Shown: in pieces, positions 19,268 through 28,360 of the stretch | How the letters are laid out: the number at the start of each line of letters is the position of its first letter | Position numbering within the stretch: the first letter of the stretch is position 1 | NCBI GenBank assembly: GCA_964462875.1 | Contig: CAYWZQ010000003.1 | Coordinates: 64,189 to 128,188, forward strand | Reading direction: 5' to 3' | DNA from: an uncultured Nitrososphaerota archaeon | GTDB lineage: Archaea; Thermoproteota; Methanomethylicia; Culexarchaeales; Culexmicrobiaceae | Length of the DNA stretch: 64,000 nucleotides | Notes under the pieces: model-generated | Told to the model about the DNA's origin: nothing | Databases searched by the model: none | Seen by the model: only the letters and a program-made list of their open reading frames with translations | Made by a program: the position numbers and the translations under genes

Positions 19268-19851
19268 GTAGGAGGAAAATAGATTATTCAGCTAAAATTA
19301 GGAGAGCAGCACAACTATTACTCGTACAGAGGCATAGGAAGCCTGGAGTAAAAGGGTGGGAGCTGAAGAGAGCTTTAGGTAGAAATTACTTGGAGATAAT
19401 TAAGCTTCTAGACGAAGAACTTGCTAAATTTGGATTTAAAATTAAGATAGTATTTCAAGGTGAAGTTGATGCTAGTAAAGCTAAGCAGGAAGATTACGAT
19501 AAAGCGTACTATGTAGTTACGTTTAGAGAGCCAGCTAAAGTATCGGATATCATTAGTGCTGGATGGAGAATAGATGATTTAGGTGCACTAGCAGCCGTAT
19601 TAGCGGTAATAAATTCTAGAGGAGGACGAGTGAATAGGAGAGATATAGAGAAAATTCTCGGAGAAAAACTTCCCAAGTGGAGAGTTGACTACTTAATTGA
19701 TAAGTTCCTCAGATTTGGGTATTTAGAAGATGAGGATGGCTACCTTAAAATTGGATGGAGAGCGAGGGTGGAAATAGATTTAGATAAGTTATCAATGCTA
19801 ATATTAGCAACTCCAATTAAGGAAAGCAAGAAAAGTGAATTTGAGAATTAA
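19264..19851 (+). CDS. ScpB-like tandem winged-helix (kite) protein candidate
   Basis: 195 aa with an ATGA overlap to the upstream gene. It has two wH-like units: 'AAQLLLVQRHRKPGVKGWELKRALGRNYLEIIKLLDEELAKFGFKIKIV...YYVVTFRE' and 'LAAVLAVINSRGGRVNRRDIEKILGEKLPKWRVDYLIDKFLRFGYLEDEDGYLKIGWRARVE'. Confidence 0.5.
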   Translation: MSRRKIDYSAKIRRAAQLLLVQRHRKPGVKGWELKRALGRNYLEIIKLLDEELAKFGFKIKIVFQGEVDASKAKQEDYDKAYYVVTFREPAKVSDIISAGWRIDDLGALAAVLAVINSRGGRVNRRDIEKILGEKLPKWRVDYLIDKFLRFGYLEDEDGYLKIGWRARVEIDLDKLSMLILATPIKESKKSEFEN

Positions 19852-19971
19852 AGTGTTCTCATAAACTTTAGGTTTACCATTGATGCACCTAAAATCTGCT
19901 TTCTGTCTTACTTAATCGAATGGTTTAAAGTAAATCTTATAATCGTAGTCATTGTAGACTTTTATCTGTAG

Positions 19972-20487
19972 GTGCTGTATTTGAGTAGTTTCAAGTTAAA
20001 TACTAATGAAGTTTTATTGTGGAGTGGTAGGGAGAGTGTTTGGGATTCCAGTGCTATTATCCTAATGCTATTTGGTGTATTTCTAGTGCTTGCAGGAATA
20101 CTTCTAAGTGGAGCTCAGATTCTAGCCATTATTGGCTTTATAATTGCAGCTTTTGGTTTTCTCCTCACCAAGAGATTCAGCATTTATCACATAACTAATA
20201 GGAGAATTGTTGAGGTTAAGAGAGGGAGGGTAGTTAGGGAAGTTAGGTTAGATGATATAGTTAAACCTGTAGGGTTAGATGTTGGCAAGCTTATTGAAGG
20301 AGTTTTAGATGTATCGGCTCTCATTCTAACTGGTAGAGCTAGCGGCTTCATACCAAGTTTATTGGGAATAAATTCATTGAATGTGAGGAATGCCCGCGGC
20401 GAAGTAGTATTCACCTTTAGGAGAGTTAAGGTTAAGGAGGTTAGAGAGAAACTTGTAAGGGTACTTGAGGACACATTAAAGAGTTAG
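19972..20487 (+). CDS. membrane protein with bacterial-PH-like (bPH_2/YdbS-type) domain
   Basis: It has two N-terminal TM helices, then 'YHITNRRIVEVKRGRVVREVRLDDIV' typical of DUF304/bPH_2. Confidence 0.4.
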   Translation: MLYLSSFKLNTNEVLLWSGRESVWDSSAIILMLFGVFLVLAGILLSGAQILAIIGFIIAAFGFLLTKRFSIYHITNRRIVEVKRGRVVREVRLDDIVKPVGLDVGKLIEGVLDVSALILTGRASGFIPSLLGINSLNVRNARGEVVFTFRRVKVKEVREKLVRVLEDTLKS

Positions 20488-20570
20488 ATCATTAATGTGG
20501 GGATGAATATTTCATCTCCACATTGATATGCCTTATGCGGTAAGAGCAAAATATTTCTTTACACTATACT

Positions 20571-21236
20571 TTGCTGGGTTTAGGTATGGTGGTTAGAGGT
20601 AAGAGTACTGATGGCCCAATCTCTAAGCTTATTAATAGGCGCATTTCCATGAGGATTACAAGGTTTATTTTAGATTATAATTTGAAGATTACTCCAAATC
20701 AGGTATCCATTATTTCTTTCCTCATATCCATATTTTCGTATCCACTGTATGTTTTTGGAGAAGTTGTCTGGGCTGGCGTATTAGTGCAGTTGGCCAGCAT
20801 TATTGATGGTGTTGATGGTGAGCTTGCTAGGGCTCTCGGTGTAGCGAGTAGGCTTGGTGCCTTCTTTGATGCTTTTCTCGATAGAATTGCTGATATAGCT
20901 ATTGTGATTGGCATGGCCTCCTACCTAGCTCTTCATGGTTATGGCTTTAACATGACTACTTTCACGATCGTTTTGGGTGCTTTAAGTGGATGCTTGATGG
21001 TCAGCTACTTGCACTCTAAGTCTCAGCAGGACTTGAAGGTTCATCCAGCTCTTGTAGGTAGAATTCCAATGTTTGCTTCTAGGGATGTAAGGTTGTTTAT
21101 CGTATTCATTGGCAGTATTACTGGGCTTGTTTTTGAGGCTCTTCTCTCACTATTTATCTTAACATACTCATATTCCATCAGTAAATTTGCTGAGCTAATT
21201 TACATTTTTAAGCATGCTCGGAGAACTACTGGTTGA
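20571..21236 (+). CDS. CDP-alcohol phosphatidyltransferase family protein
   Basis: The family motif D-G-x2-A-R-x8-G-x3-D-x3-D is present as 'IDGVDGELARALGVASRLGAFFDAFLDRIAD', and the protein is multi-TM. Confidence 0.7.
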   Translation: MLGLGMVVRGKSTDGPISKLINRRISMRITRFILDYNLKITPNQVSIISFLISIFSYPLYVFGEVVWAGVLVQLASIIDGVDGELARALGVASRLGAFFDAFLDRIADIAIVIGMASYLALHGYGFNMTTFTIVLGALSGCLMVSYLHSKSQQDLKVHPALVGRIPMFASRDVRLFIVFIGSITGLVFEALLSLFILTYSYSISKFAELIYIFKHARRTTG

Positions 21237-21266
21237 ACCATCATTGAATAGTGGGGGTGGGGGATT

Positions 21267-22427
21267 ATGAGGTTATGCATGATATCCTCCTATCCCCCAA
21301 CTATTTGCGGTATAGGTGATTATGTTGAGTCCATGCTTAAGGAGCTCATAAAGCTTGATTCGAGTATTGATGTTAATGTCATAGCTGAGTTTGATGCTAA
21401 AAGTGATGTTGATAGGATTAAGGTTCACCCAGTATTTGATAGGAAGAGCTATTTGGGAAGTGAAATCGTCAGGGCACTAGAGTCCATTAAACCCGATGTC
21501 ACGCACTTCCAACATAGCTTTGGAATTTTCGGTGCAGATGAGAGATTCATTAAATTGCTGGATGCGGCTAAGAGCATTGACAGTAGAATAGTAGTTACAT
21601 TTCATACGGTTCATAGCAGGGAAACCATTGACTTTGAAATGAAGGGGTATGATGTTGAGGACTATAATAGAATAATATGCTCATATGCCGATCACGTAAT
21701 TGTTCACACCAACTCTATGAAGAAGGTGTTGATTAGGCAGGGCGTGAGTGGAGATAAAATTAGTGTTATTAGGATTGGTGCATTTAAGTTTGGTGAAGCC
21801 ATTCCCACTAAAATTGCGAGGGAGAAATTGGGTTTACCAGTTAATGATAAGATCATTTTAATTCCAGGCTTCATTCATAGGACGAAGGGCACTAAAATTG
21901 CTATTAGGCTTTGCCGTGAGCTATCTAAAATTGCAAGCAACTTTAAACTTGTTATTGCGGGATGGATTCATCCAAAAGAGTTTGAGTTGAGGAATAAAAG
22001 GTATGCTTATGAGTGCATGAGATTAATTAAGAAGTATGGCTTAGAAAACCATGTTATAGCCACTAAGAGGAATTTGCTTAGAGATGAGTTTGCACTATAC
22101 TTCTGTGCATCTGACCTAATAATACTGCCATATACTCAGTTCAACTGGTCTGCTAGTGGCATTTTGAAGGTTGCAATTGGATATCATAGACCATTTATAG
22201 TTACTAGGATTCCGAAGTTTGAGGAGGTGAGTGAGGAGATAAGTGATGAAATAACGGTTATGCCGGATGACCTAGATAGAATGGTTAAGATCACCTATAG
22301 ACTGCTCTATGACGATGAATTCAGAAGCTATATAATTGATAAAATTAAGCAGTATGCAGAGAAGGTTTCATGGAGTAACATTGCTGAGAAGCACTTGAAG
22401 ATATATTACGATGTTTATTCGGGCTAG
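21267..22427 (+). CDS. glycosyltransferase family 4 (GT-B fold)
   Basis: 386 aa. The N-terminus 'MRLCMISSYPPTICGIGDYVESM' is typical of archaeal GT4 enzymes, and the C-terminal domain has the pattern 'LIILPYTQFNWSASGILKVAIGYHRPFIVTR'. Confidence 0.65.
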   Translation: MRLCMISSYPPTICGIGDYVESMLKELIKLDSSIDVNVIAEFDAKSDVDRIKVHPVFDRKSYLGSEIVRALESIKPDVTHFQHSFGIFGADERFIKLLDAAKSIDSRIVVTFHTVHSRETIDFEMKGYDVEDYNRIICSYADHVIVHTNSMKKVLIRQGVSGDKISVIRIGAFKFGEAIPTKIAREKLGLPVNDKIILIPGFIHRTKGTKIAIRLCRELSKIASNFKLVIAGWIHPKEFELRNKRYAYECMRLIKKYGLENHVIATKRNLLRDEFALYFCASDLIILPYTQFNWSASGILKVAIGYHRPFIVTRIPKFEEVSEEISDEITVMPDDLDRMVKITYRLLYDDEFRSYIIDKIKQYAEKVSWSNIAEKHLKIYYDVYSG

Positions 22428-23053
22428 ATTCTCATTCTAGTCCGCTTAAATTCCTCATATACTTTCACTAGCTTCTTTACTGGCTCATTATCATAGTCCA
22501 CTCTAATGCTAATTAGTGGTAAGTCTGTTTTCTCTAGATACTTGGGCCCTGCTATGAGTAGGGCTGCGGAGCACTTCCCCCTCCTATCTCCACCTGCCTC
22601 ATCACCTGCAATTAGGGCTTTGAGGAGTTTCTCCGCTAAATCTCCATTCGCAGTTTCGAATGCACTTGCCATTTCATCTAAAACTCTTCTTCCAACTAGG
22701 AGATTGCCTATGGCAATGTAGTTTTCACCTATAATTTCACCCTTAAATTCAGGTGCTCTATCTCCTGTGTAAGCTGCTTTTTCACCAGTTATGTTAATTA
22801 TCGCTACTTGCCTGTAATTCTTCAATTCATCTTCACTTGTGAGTGCTTGAATTATTGTTTTCGGTTTTAATCCCAATTCAAGCATTCTAATACCCCTAAT
22901 TCCATACCATACATTCGTGTATGCTTGGGTTGCTATTGCTCCAACATTAATTTTCACATGTGGAACTACTGCTCCCACACATGGTATTGCTGTGGCAGTT
23001 GCAATTCCAATGCTCTTAGCTTCCAAGTCAACTGCAATTATCGTGTAAGTCAA
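22424..23053 (-). CDS. DUF1028-family (Ntn-hydrolase-like) protein
   Basis: 'TYTIIAVDLEAKSIGIATATAIPCVGAVVPHVKINVGAIATQAYTNVWYG' matches the DUF1028 N-terminal pattern (TFSIvArD..tG.lGvAv.S...aVG..VP....gvGAvATQa..Np.yG). Confidence 0.5.
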   Translation of the reverse strand: MTYTIIAVDLEAKSIGIATATAIPCVGAVVPHVKINVGAIATQAYTNVWYGIRGIRMLELGLKPKTIIQALTSEDELKNYRQVAIINITGEKAAYTGDRAPEFKGEIIGENYIAIGNLLVGRRVLDEMASAFETANGDLAEKLLKALIAGDEAGGDRRGKCSAALLIAGPKYLEKTDLPLISIRVDYDNEPVKKLVKVYEEFKRTRMRI

Positions 23054-23066
23054 TTTATATCCTCCT

Positions 23067-23801
23067 CTACCTCTTCGCTTTTATGGCTGCTTGCCTAATG
23101 AATTCCTGGAATAGCTTTATCATTTCACCATTAATCATCAATTCGGGGTGCCATTGGACACCCAATATGAAGCATTCCCCAGTATACTCTATTGCCTCTA
23201 TTACCCCATCATCAGCCCAAGCCGTGGCCTCAAATCCCTCAGCCACATCCTTCACTGCTTGGTGGTGAAAGCTATTTACTGCTAAAACTTCCTTGCCGAA
23301 AATTCTATGAAGTCTAGATCCCACTTTAACTTTAACTCTATGAGTTGGATAGTCTGGTGGTACTTCTAATCCTTCACTAGTATGCCATCTATGCTTTATT
23401 GCATTCGGTATTTGGCTTAGAATGTCCTGATATAATGTTCCTCCAGCAGCCACATTGAGTGTTTGAATCCCCCTGCAAATAGCTAGTATGGGTATTCCCC
23501 TTTCAATAGCCCTCCTAGTTAATGCGAGCTCAAAGGCATCTCTATTCGGATCAATTTTACCCATCCCTGGAATCGGCTTTTCACCGTAAAGGTAGGGGTC
23601 TATGTCTACTCCACCTGAAAGCATTAATCCATCAATTAAATCCAGCACTTCATCTACATCTCCAGGGCTAATTGATGGTAGAATTATGGGTAATCCCCCA
23701 CTTCTGGTCACTGCCTCAACATAGGCCCCCCCAAGCCTAAAGCGCCTAGTAACCCATTCATATGCACAGGTTATTCCAATTACAGGCTTCATCTGCTTCA
23801 C
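23067..23801 (-). CDS. class I glutamine amidotransferase-like / peptidase C26 (gamma-glutamyl hydrolase PuuD-like)
   Basis: 'KPVIGIT' at the start, a catalytic Cys in 'ILAICRGIQTLNVAAGG', and a C-terminal 'HHQAV...WHPE' His/Glu pair. Confidence 0.7.
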   Translation of the reverse strand: MKQMKPVIGITCAYEWVTRRFRLGGAYVEAVTRSGGLPIILPSISPGDVDEVLDLIDGLMLSGGVDIDPYLYGEKPIPGMGKIDPNRDAFELALTRRAIERGIPILAICRGIQTLNVAAGGTLYQDILSQIPNAIKHRWHTSEGLEVPPDYPTHRVKVKVGSRLHRIFGKEVLAVNSFHHQAVKDVAEGFEATAWADDGVIEAIEYTGECFILGVQWHPELMINGEMIKLFQEFIRQAAIKAKR

Positions 23802-23955
23802 CTCATTGGCGAAATGAGTATGTATGATTCATTTATTAGCTTTAGTGTTCACTGAATAGTTAAGCATGCCTTCAAGTTCAGTGCTGAACTATGATTACAG
23901 AACTTTAAATAAAGGTGCATTAGCATAGTTTAACGGTGAACATGGAGGTAAGGCA

Positions 23956-25353
23956 GTGAGTGAACGTAGATATGTGATTTTGCTGCCAAGTGGAGATGAA
24001 GTGGATCCAAGTAGTGAGCTGCTAAGTAGCTTTAGCAGTGATTTTCAAGCTCTAGTTAGGAAGGAGGCTTTGAAAGAGGAGCTTCCGGGCGGTGAGCCTG
24101 AAATAATTAATTATTTAAGGAGATTTGGCTTTGAATGGGAGTCCTATTCCGACTATGGTCACATGAGGATGGGTCCATATGCAACGCTAATATTTGACTT
24201 AGCAGCTGAATATGCTCGTCAAATCGTTTACTCACTAGGTTTACCGGTAGTTGAGGTTCGGGGCACTGCATTCTTCAATTTAGGCTTAAGGCCTGTTAAG
24301 GAGCACGCAGAGCTTTATGGTGATAGACTCTACATTTTAAAGAGTGATAGGGGAAACTTCGTGTTGAGGTATGCTGCATGCCATCAGCAATTCTCAATGA
24401 TCAAGGATTGGCCTCTATCATATAGGGATCTCCCGTTTGGAGCATTTGAAGTGGCTGATTCATATAGATTTGAGAGGAGCGGTGAAGTAGAGCTATGCTT
24501 TAGACTGCGTAGATTCTACATGCCGGACTTGCATGTGTTTGTTAGGGATGAGGATGAAGCGAAGAAGTGGATGATGAAGATACATAGGAGGATAATGGAG
24601 GAAATTAGGAAGCTGGATAGAGACTATGAGCTCCTCATTAACGTTGTAAGTCCAGATCAATATGAGAAGTATAGGGAATTTCTAATTGAAATCGCGAGGG
24701 ATGTTGGTAAACCAGTGCTTATATCAATTTATCCTAAAGCCCAGCTAAACTACTACTGGGTAATTAACATTGAGTACATCATTATAGATAGGCTCGGTAG
24801 ACCGAGGGAGATAGGCACTGTTCAAATTGATGTGGGTAATGCTGAGAGATTCAATATTAAGTATGTTGATGAGAGTGGAGCTGAGAAATATCCAGTAATT
24901 CTTCACACAGCAATTATTGGTGGCATTGAGAGATATATTTACACTTTATTCGATACTGCACTAAGAATGCCGAAGCCAACTCTACCAACTTGGATTTCAC
25001 CAGTTCAAGTTAGGGTAATACCTGTTGCAAGCCAGTATCTAGATTATGCACTTGAAATTTCAAGTCAAATAGAGTCTAGAGGTTTTAGAGTTGATGTAGA
25101 TGACACTAATAGGCCTCTGGGCCGAAAAATTGTTGATGCAGAGCGTGAATGGATCCCATACATCGTAGTTGTTGGGGAGAATGAAGTTAAAAGTAGGACA
25201 ATTAATGTTAGGATTAGGAGGTCTGGCGAGCAAAAGTTGATGAGTGTTCATGAGCTTCTAGAGATGTTAGAGAATGAAACTAAGGGATACCCGAAAAGGG
25301 GAATGTACTTCCCAAAGCTATTGTCGAAGAGACCGAAGTTCCTAATATATTAG
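23956..25353 (+). CDS. thrS: threonyl-tRNA synthetase, catalytic-only form (no N-terminal editing domain)
   Basis: 465 aa. Class II core motifs are present ('FRLRRFYMPDLHVF', 'HTAIIGGIERYIYTL'). The C-terminal anticodon-binding domain reads 'VQVRVIPVASQ...RGFRVDVDDTNRPLGRKIVDAEREWIPYIVVVGENE'. The catalytic core starts within about 60 residues of the N-terminus. Confidence 0.7.
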   Translation: MSERRYVILLPSGDEVDPSSELLSSFSSDFQALVRKEALKEELPGGEPEIINYLRRFGFEWESYSDYGHMRMGPYATLIFDLAAEYARQIVYSLGLPVVEVRGTAFFNLGLRPVKEHAELYGDRLYILKSDRGNFVLRYAACHQQFSMIKDWPLSYRDLPFGAFEVADSYRFERSGEVELCFRLRRFYMPDLHVFVRDEDEAKKWMMKIHRRIMEEIRKLDRDYELLINVVSPDQYEKYREFLIEIARDVGKPVLISIYPKAQLNYYWVINIEYIIIDRLGRPREIGTVQIDVGNAERFNIKYVDESGAEKYPVILHTAIIGGIERYIYTLFDTALRMPKPTLPTWISPVQVRVIPVASQYLDYALEISSQIESRGFRVDVDDTNRPLGRKIVDAEREWIPYIVVVGENEVKSRTINVRIRRSGEQKLMSVHELLEMLENETKGYPKRGMYFPKLLSKRPKFLIY

Positions 25354-26072
25354 TGAGGGCTTGGAAATTGAGATTTAATTGGAACCCAATTAAAGGGTGC
25401 TTTGTAAGGAGAATTAATAGGTTCGTTGGACTGGCTGAGGTTGAAGGTGAAGTCTGTAAAGTGCATATTCATGATCCAGGTAGACTTGAGGAACTACTTG
25501 TTCCTGGAGCCGAAATATTGGTTAGAGCGCATGAGGGGGAGAGTAGAAGGACAAAGTACTACTTGTTCGCGGTTAAGTATTGTGGTTCATGGATTCTCTT
25601 AGATTCAGCAGTTCACAATAGAATTGCTAGAGAAGCTATTGAGCATGGAATGATAGGTGAGTTGAATGGGTATCGTGTTTTAAAGGCTGAGCACTATTAT
25701 ATGGGTTGTCGAGTAGACTTCTTGCTTGAATCTCCACTCGGCATTAAGGCATTGATGGAGGTTAAGGGGTGTTCACTTGCAGTTAATGGTGTCGCACTCT
25801 TTCCGGATGCACCGACAATTAGGGGTAGGAGGCATGTTGAAAGGTTGATTAGAGCTTTAAATGAGGGATATGAGTCCATAATATTGTTTCTAGTTTTGAG
25901 GAGTGATGCAGCGGTTTTTAAGCCGAATTGGAGTATTGATCCAAATTTTTCAGCTATACTCGTCCGTGCATGTGAGGTCGGCGTTAAGGTTTTGGCTTAT
26001 AAAGTGCTCTTTAGAGTTAATGGGGAAGTTGAAGCAAGAATTTCAAGTAGTATTCCCGTAGTTCTTCATTGA
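25353..26072 (+). CDS. sfsA: sugar fermentation stimulation protein A homolog (SfsA family nuclease-like)
   Basis: 'GCFVRRINRFVGLAEVEGEVCKVHIHDPGRLEELLVPGAEIL' and 'YRVLKAEHYYMGCRVDFLL' match the SfsA family. It overlaps the thrS stop by 1 nt. Confidence 0.7.
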   Translation: MRAWKLRFNWNPIKGCFVRRINRFVGLAEVEGEVCKVHIHDPGRLEELLVPGAEILVRAHEGESRRTKYYLFAVKYCGSWILLDSAVHNRIAREAIEHGMIGELNGYRVLKAEHYYMGCRVDFLLESPLGIKALMEVKGCSLAVNGVALFPDAPTIRGRRHVERLIRALNEGYESIILFLVLRSDAAVFKPNWSIDPNFSAILVRACEVGVKVLAYKVLFRVNGEVEARISSSIPVVLH

Positions 26073-26079
26073 AGGCGAC

Positions 26080-27216
26080 TTAACGTGTAACTCTAATACT
26101 CTCCATTTCCTCTATGAGCTTCCTTCCACTACCCTCAGTAAAGTGTTTTCTCACTGGCTCAAGCAGTTCAATTAGTTTTTGAGCAACATAGTTCTTCAAG
26201 TCTAGTGGATGAATTCTACCCTCACCATAAGCCCTCTTAATCTCATCAATGCTATTGAAAACCATTTTCTCGCCAGTCTTTTCATTTACTATTTCAAATT
26301 TTTCCTCACGCATGTTCCTCGCTATTATGTACTCTAGTATCTCTATTATGGGATTAAACTCAACTTGCTTGAAGGGGCAGAATGCCCTTCTAATTTTCCT
26401 CCTAATATCCTCCTCACTATCATGTATGAATATGGCGCTTCTAGGCCTAGATTTCGACATTTTTATTTCAATAATGCTATCCTCAAATACCTCCCTATCG
26501 CCAGTCTTCTTGGCTTTAACCATAGCCTTCCACTCACTCTCGGATAGATCCAACCCCATGATTAGGTGATGGTGTACTGCCACTGGTTTATATCCAAATA
26601 ATTTATCTCCAACATCAATTGCAATTACATGTGCTTTTCTCTGATCTATTCCTCCATGAGGTAAATTGACTTTTAAAGTGAATATGTCTGCTACTTGCAT
26701 TGGAACATAGAGTAGTTGAGCGAAATCCAGGCTTTCACCCATTTTCCTCCCCATAATTGTCACCGATCTCCTAACTCTGGAGAGAGTTGTTTTCATAGAA
26801 ACTCTTATTACATTATCAAGGTATTCCAATCCAACCTTCTCGTATAGTTCCGACCCCATAATGAACTTGGTTTTATCCGGATCTCCACCAATAACTTTAA
26901 GCGACTGCTTCAATGCCTCCTTGAAGTATCCACCAGCAACTCTCCTAATAGTGGATAGATCTCCACCGAGCTTCCTATTAATCCATGAATGGTAGTCTGC
27001 TAGGAAAACTATTGTTTCAACACCTGCCTTTTGGAAGTCAGCTATCTTCTGCATACATATGAGTCCAGTACCAATGTGAACATAACCTGAAATTTCAAAT
27101 CCAATATAATGTCTAAGCTTTACTCCCTGCTCCAAATAGCTTTTCAATCGCTCTTCGGTTAGTAGCTCCTCTGTTGGTGGTTTCTTTATCCAGTCAATGG
27201 CCTTCTCGACATCCAT
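26080..27216 (-). CDS. tyrS: tyrosyl-tRNA synthetase (archaeal type)
   Basis: Class I motifs 'HIGTGL' (HIGH-like) and 'KMSKS'. The C-terminus '[12 protein letters not shown]...[25 protein letters not shown]' closely resembles the archaeal TyrRS C-terminal region. Confidence 0.75.
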   Translation of the reverse strand: MDVEKAIDWIKKPPTEELLTEERLKSYLEQGVKLRHYIGFEISGYVHIGTGLICMQKIADFQKAGVETIVFLADYHSWINRKLGGDLSTIRRVAGGYFKEALKQSLKVIGGDPDKTKFIMGSELYEKVGLEYLDNVIRVSMKTTLSRVRRSVTIMGRKMGESLDFAQLLYVPMQVADIFTLKVNLPHGGIDQRKAHVIAIDVGDKLFGYKPVAVHHHLIMGLDLSESEWKAMVKAKKTGDREVFEDSIIEIKMSKSRPRSAIFIHDSEEDIRRKIRRAFCPFKQVEFNPIIEILEYIIARNMREEKFEIVNEKTGEKMVFNSIDEIKRAYGEGRIHPLDLKNYVAQKLIELLEPVRKHFTEGSGRKLIEEMESIRVTR

Positions 27217-27355
27217 TATGATCGCCTAACTAAAATCAAAGAATTAACTTAAATTAAAGCTTTAAGTAGATAGTGGTTATTTAGAAGTTGAATTGAAATT
27301 AAATTTCAAATATATTGTTGACATATAATTGGTTTAAGACTTGCGGTGATGTAGT

Positions 27356-28360
27356 TTGATAGTTGATGAATTCGCAGATTTCATTGATGATGTAATGGTT
27401 AAAGCTCAATTGGCGGCATGCCTTGAGGTCAGCGCTTATCCCAAACCCGGAAATGTTCATAGGCTTAGGGATTATCCGGATACTAGATATGAGCATTTCA
27501 TTGCCGGTTCAGTGGGATTAGGCCCCTCAATTAGAAAGGCTGTAGTTAATGGTGTTAGAGCTGGAGCTGGAAAATTGAGTTTAAGTGATATTGGGATTGG
27601 CAGTTTAATTAGAGATACCATTGTAAGGATTAAGGAGTTGCATTTGGGCGGTAATACTCATCTCGGCATAGCAACACTCTTCATTCCCCTCTCGGCTTCT
27701 GCTGGAATTTGCATGGTGAAATATGGAAGGCTAGCTATAGCTGAATTACAGAGGTTTTTTGATGAAGTAGTTAAGTCGACAACTGTATTTGATGCAGTGA
27801 ACTTCTTTGATGCTGCGAGAATTGCTTCCGCTGGAAATCTTGGATCCGTTAGTTCTATGGGCTTACCCGACATTACCAGTGATAGTTTTAGAGAGGATAT
27901 TCTGAGGATCAATGCAACCCTATATGATTTAATGGAGAGATCGTCTAAGTGGGACTTAATTGCCTGGGAATTCACTAATAAGCTCGGTACCTGCTTTGAA
28001 GTGGGCTATCCATCTTTGATCAAGTTTTATGAGGAGAGCCGAGACATTAATATGGCAATTGTTCACACATACTTGAAGCTGCTATCAGTCAAGCCTGATA
28101 CATTTATAGCTAGGAAGGTTGGCTTAGAGAGAACTAGCAACATAGCTGAGGCTGTTGAGATTGGAATGGAAGTTGCAAGGGAAATTTCGAGAAAGGCTGA
28201 GCATGCACTTAGACTTGGTGGATTGAGGCTTGTGAGCGGTGCTGAAGCTATTATTAGATTGGATGAAGAATTAGCTTCTAAAAAGTTAAATCCCGGCTCA
28301 ATAGCAGATATACTTGCAACATCAATATTCATAGCCCTCCTCTTCGACTTCAAATTTTAA
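27356..28360 (+). CDS. triphosphoribosyl-dephospho-CoA synthase (CitG/MdcB) family protein
   Basis: 'AACLEVSAYPKPGNVHRLRDYPDTRYEHF' matches the CitG family N-terminal signature. Confidence 0.6.
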   Translation: MIVDEFADFIDDVMVKAQLAACLEVSAYPKPGNVHRLRDYPDTRYEHFIAGSVGLGPSIRKAVVNGVRAGAGKLSLSDIGIGSLIRDTIVRIKELHLGGNTHLGIATLFIPLSASAGICMVKYGRLAIAELQRFFDEVVKSTTVFDAVNFFDAARIASAGNLGSVSSMGLPDITSDSFREDILRINATLYDLMERSSKWDLIAWEFTNKLGTCFEVGYPSLIKFYEESRDINMAIVHTYLKLLSVKPDTFIARKVGLERTSNIAEAVEIGMEVAREISRKAEHALRLGGLRLVSGAEAIIRLDEELASKKLNPGSIADILATSIFIALLFDFKF

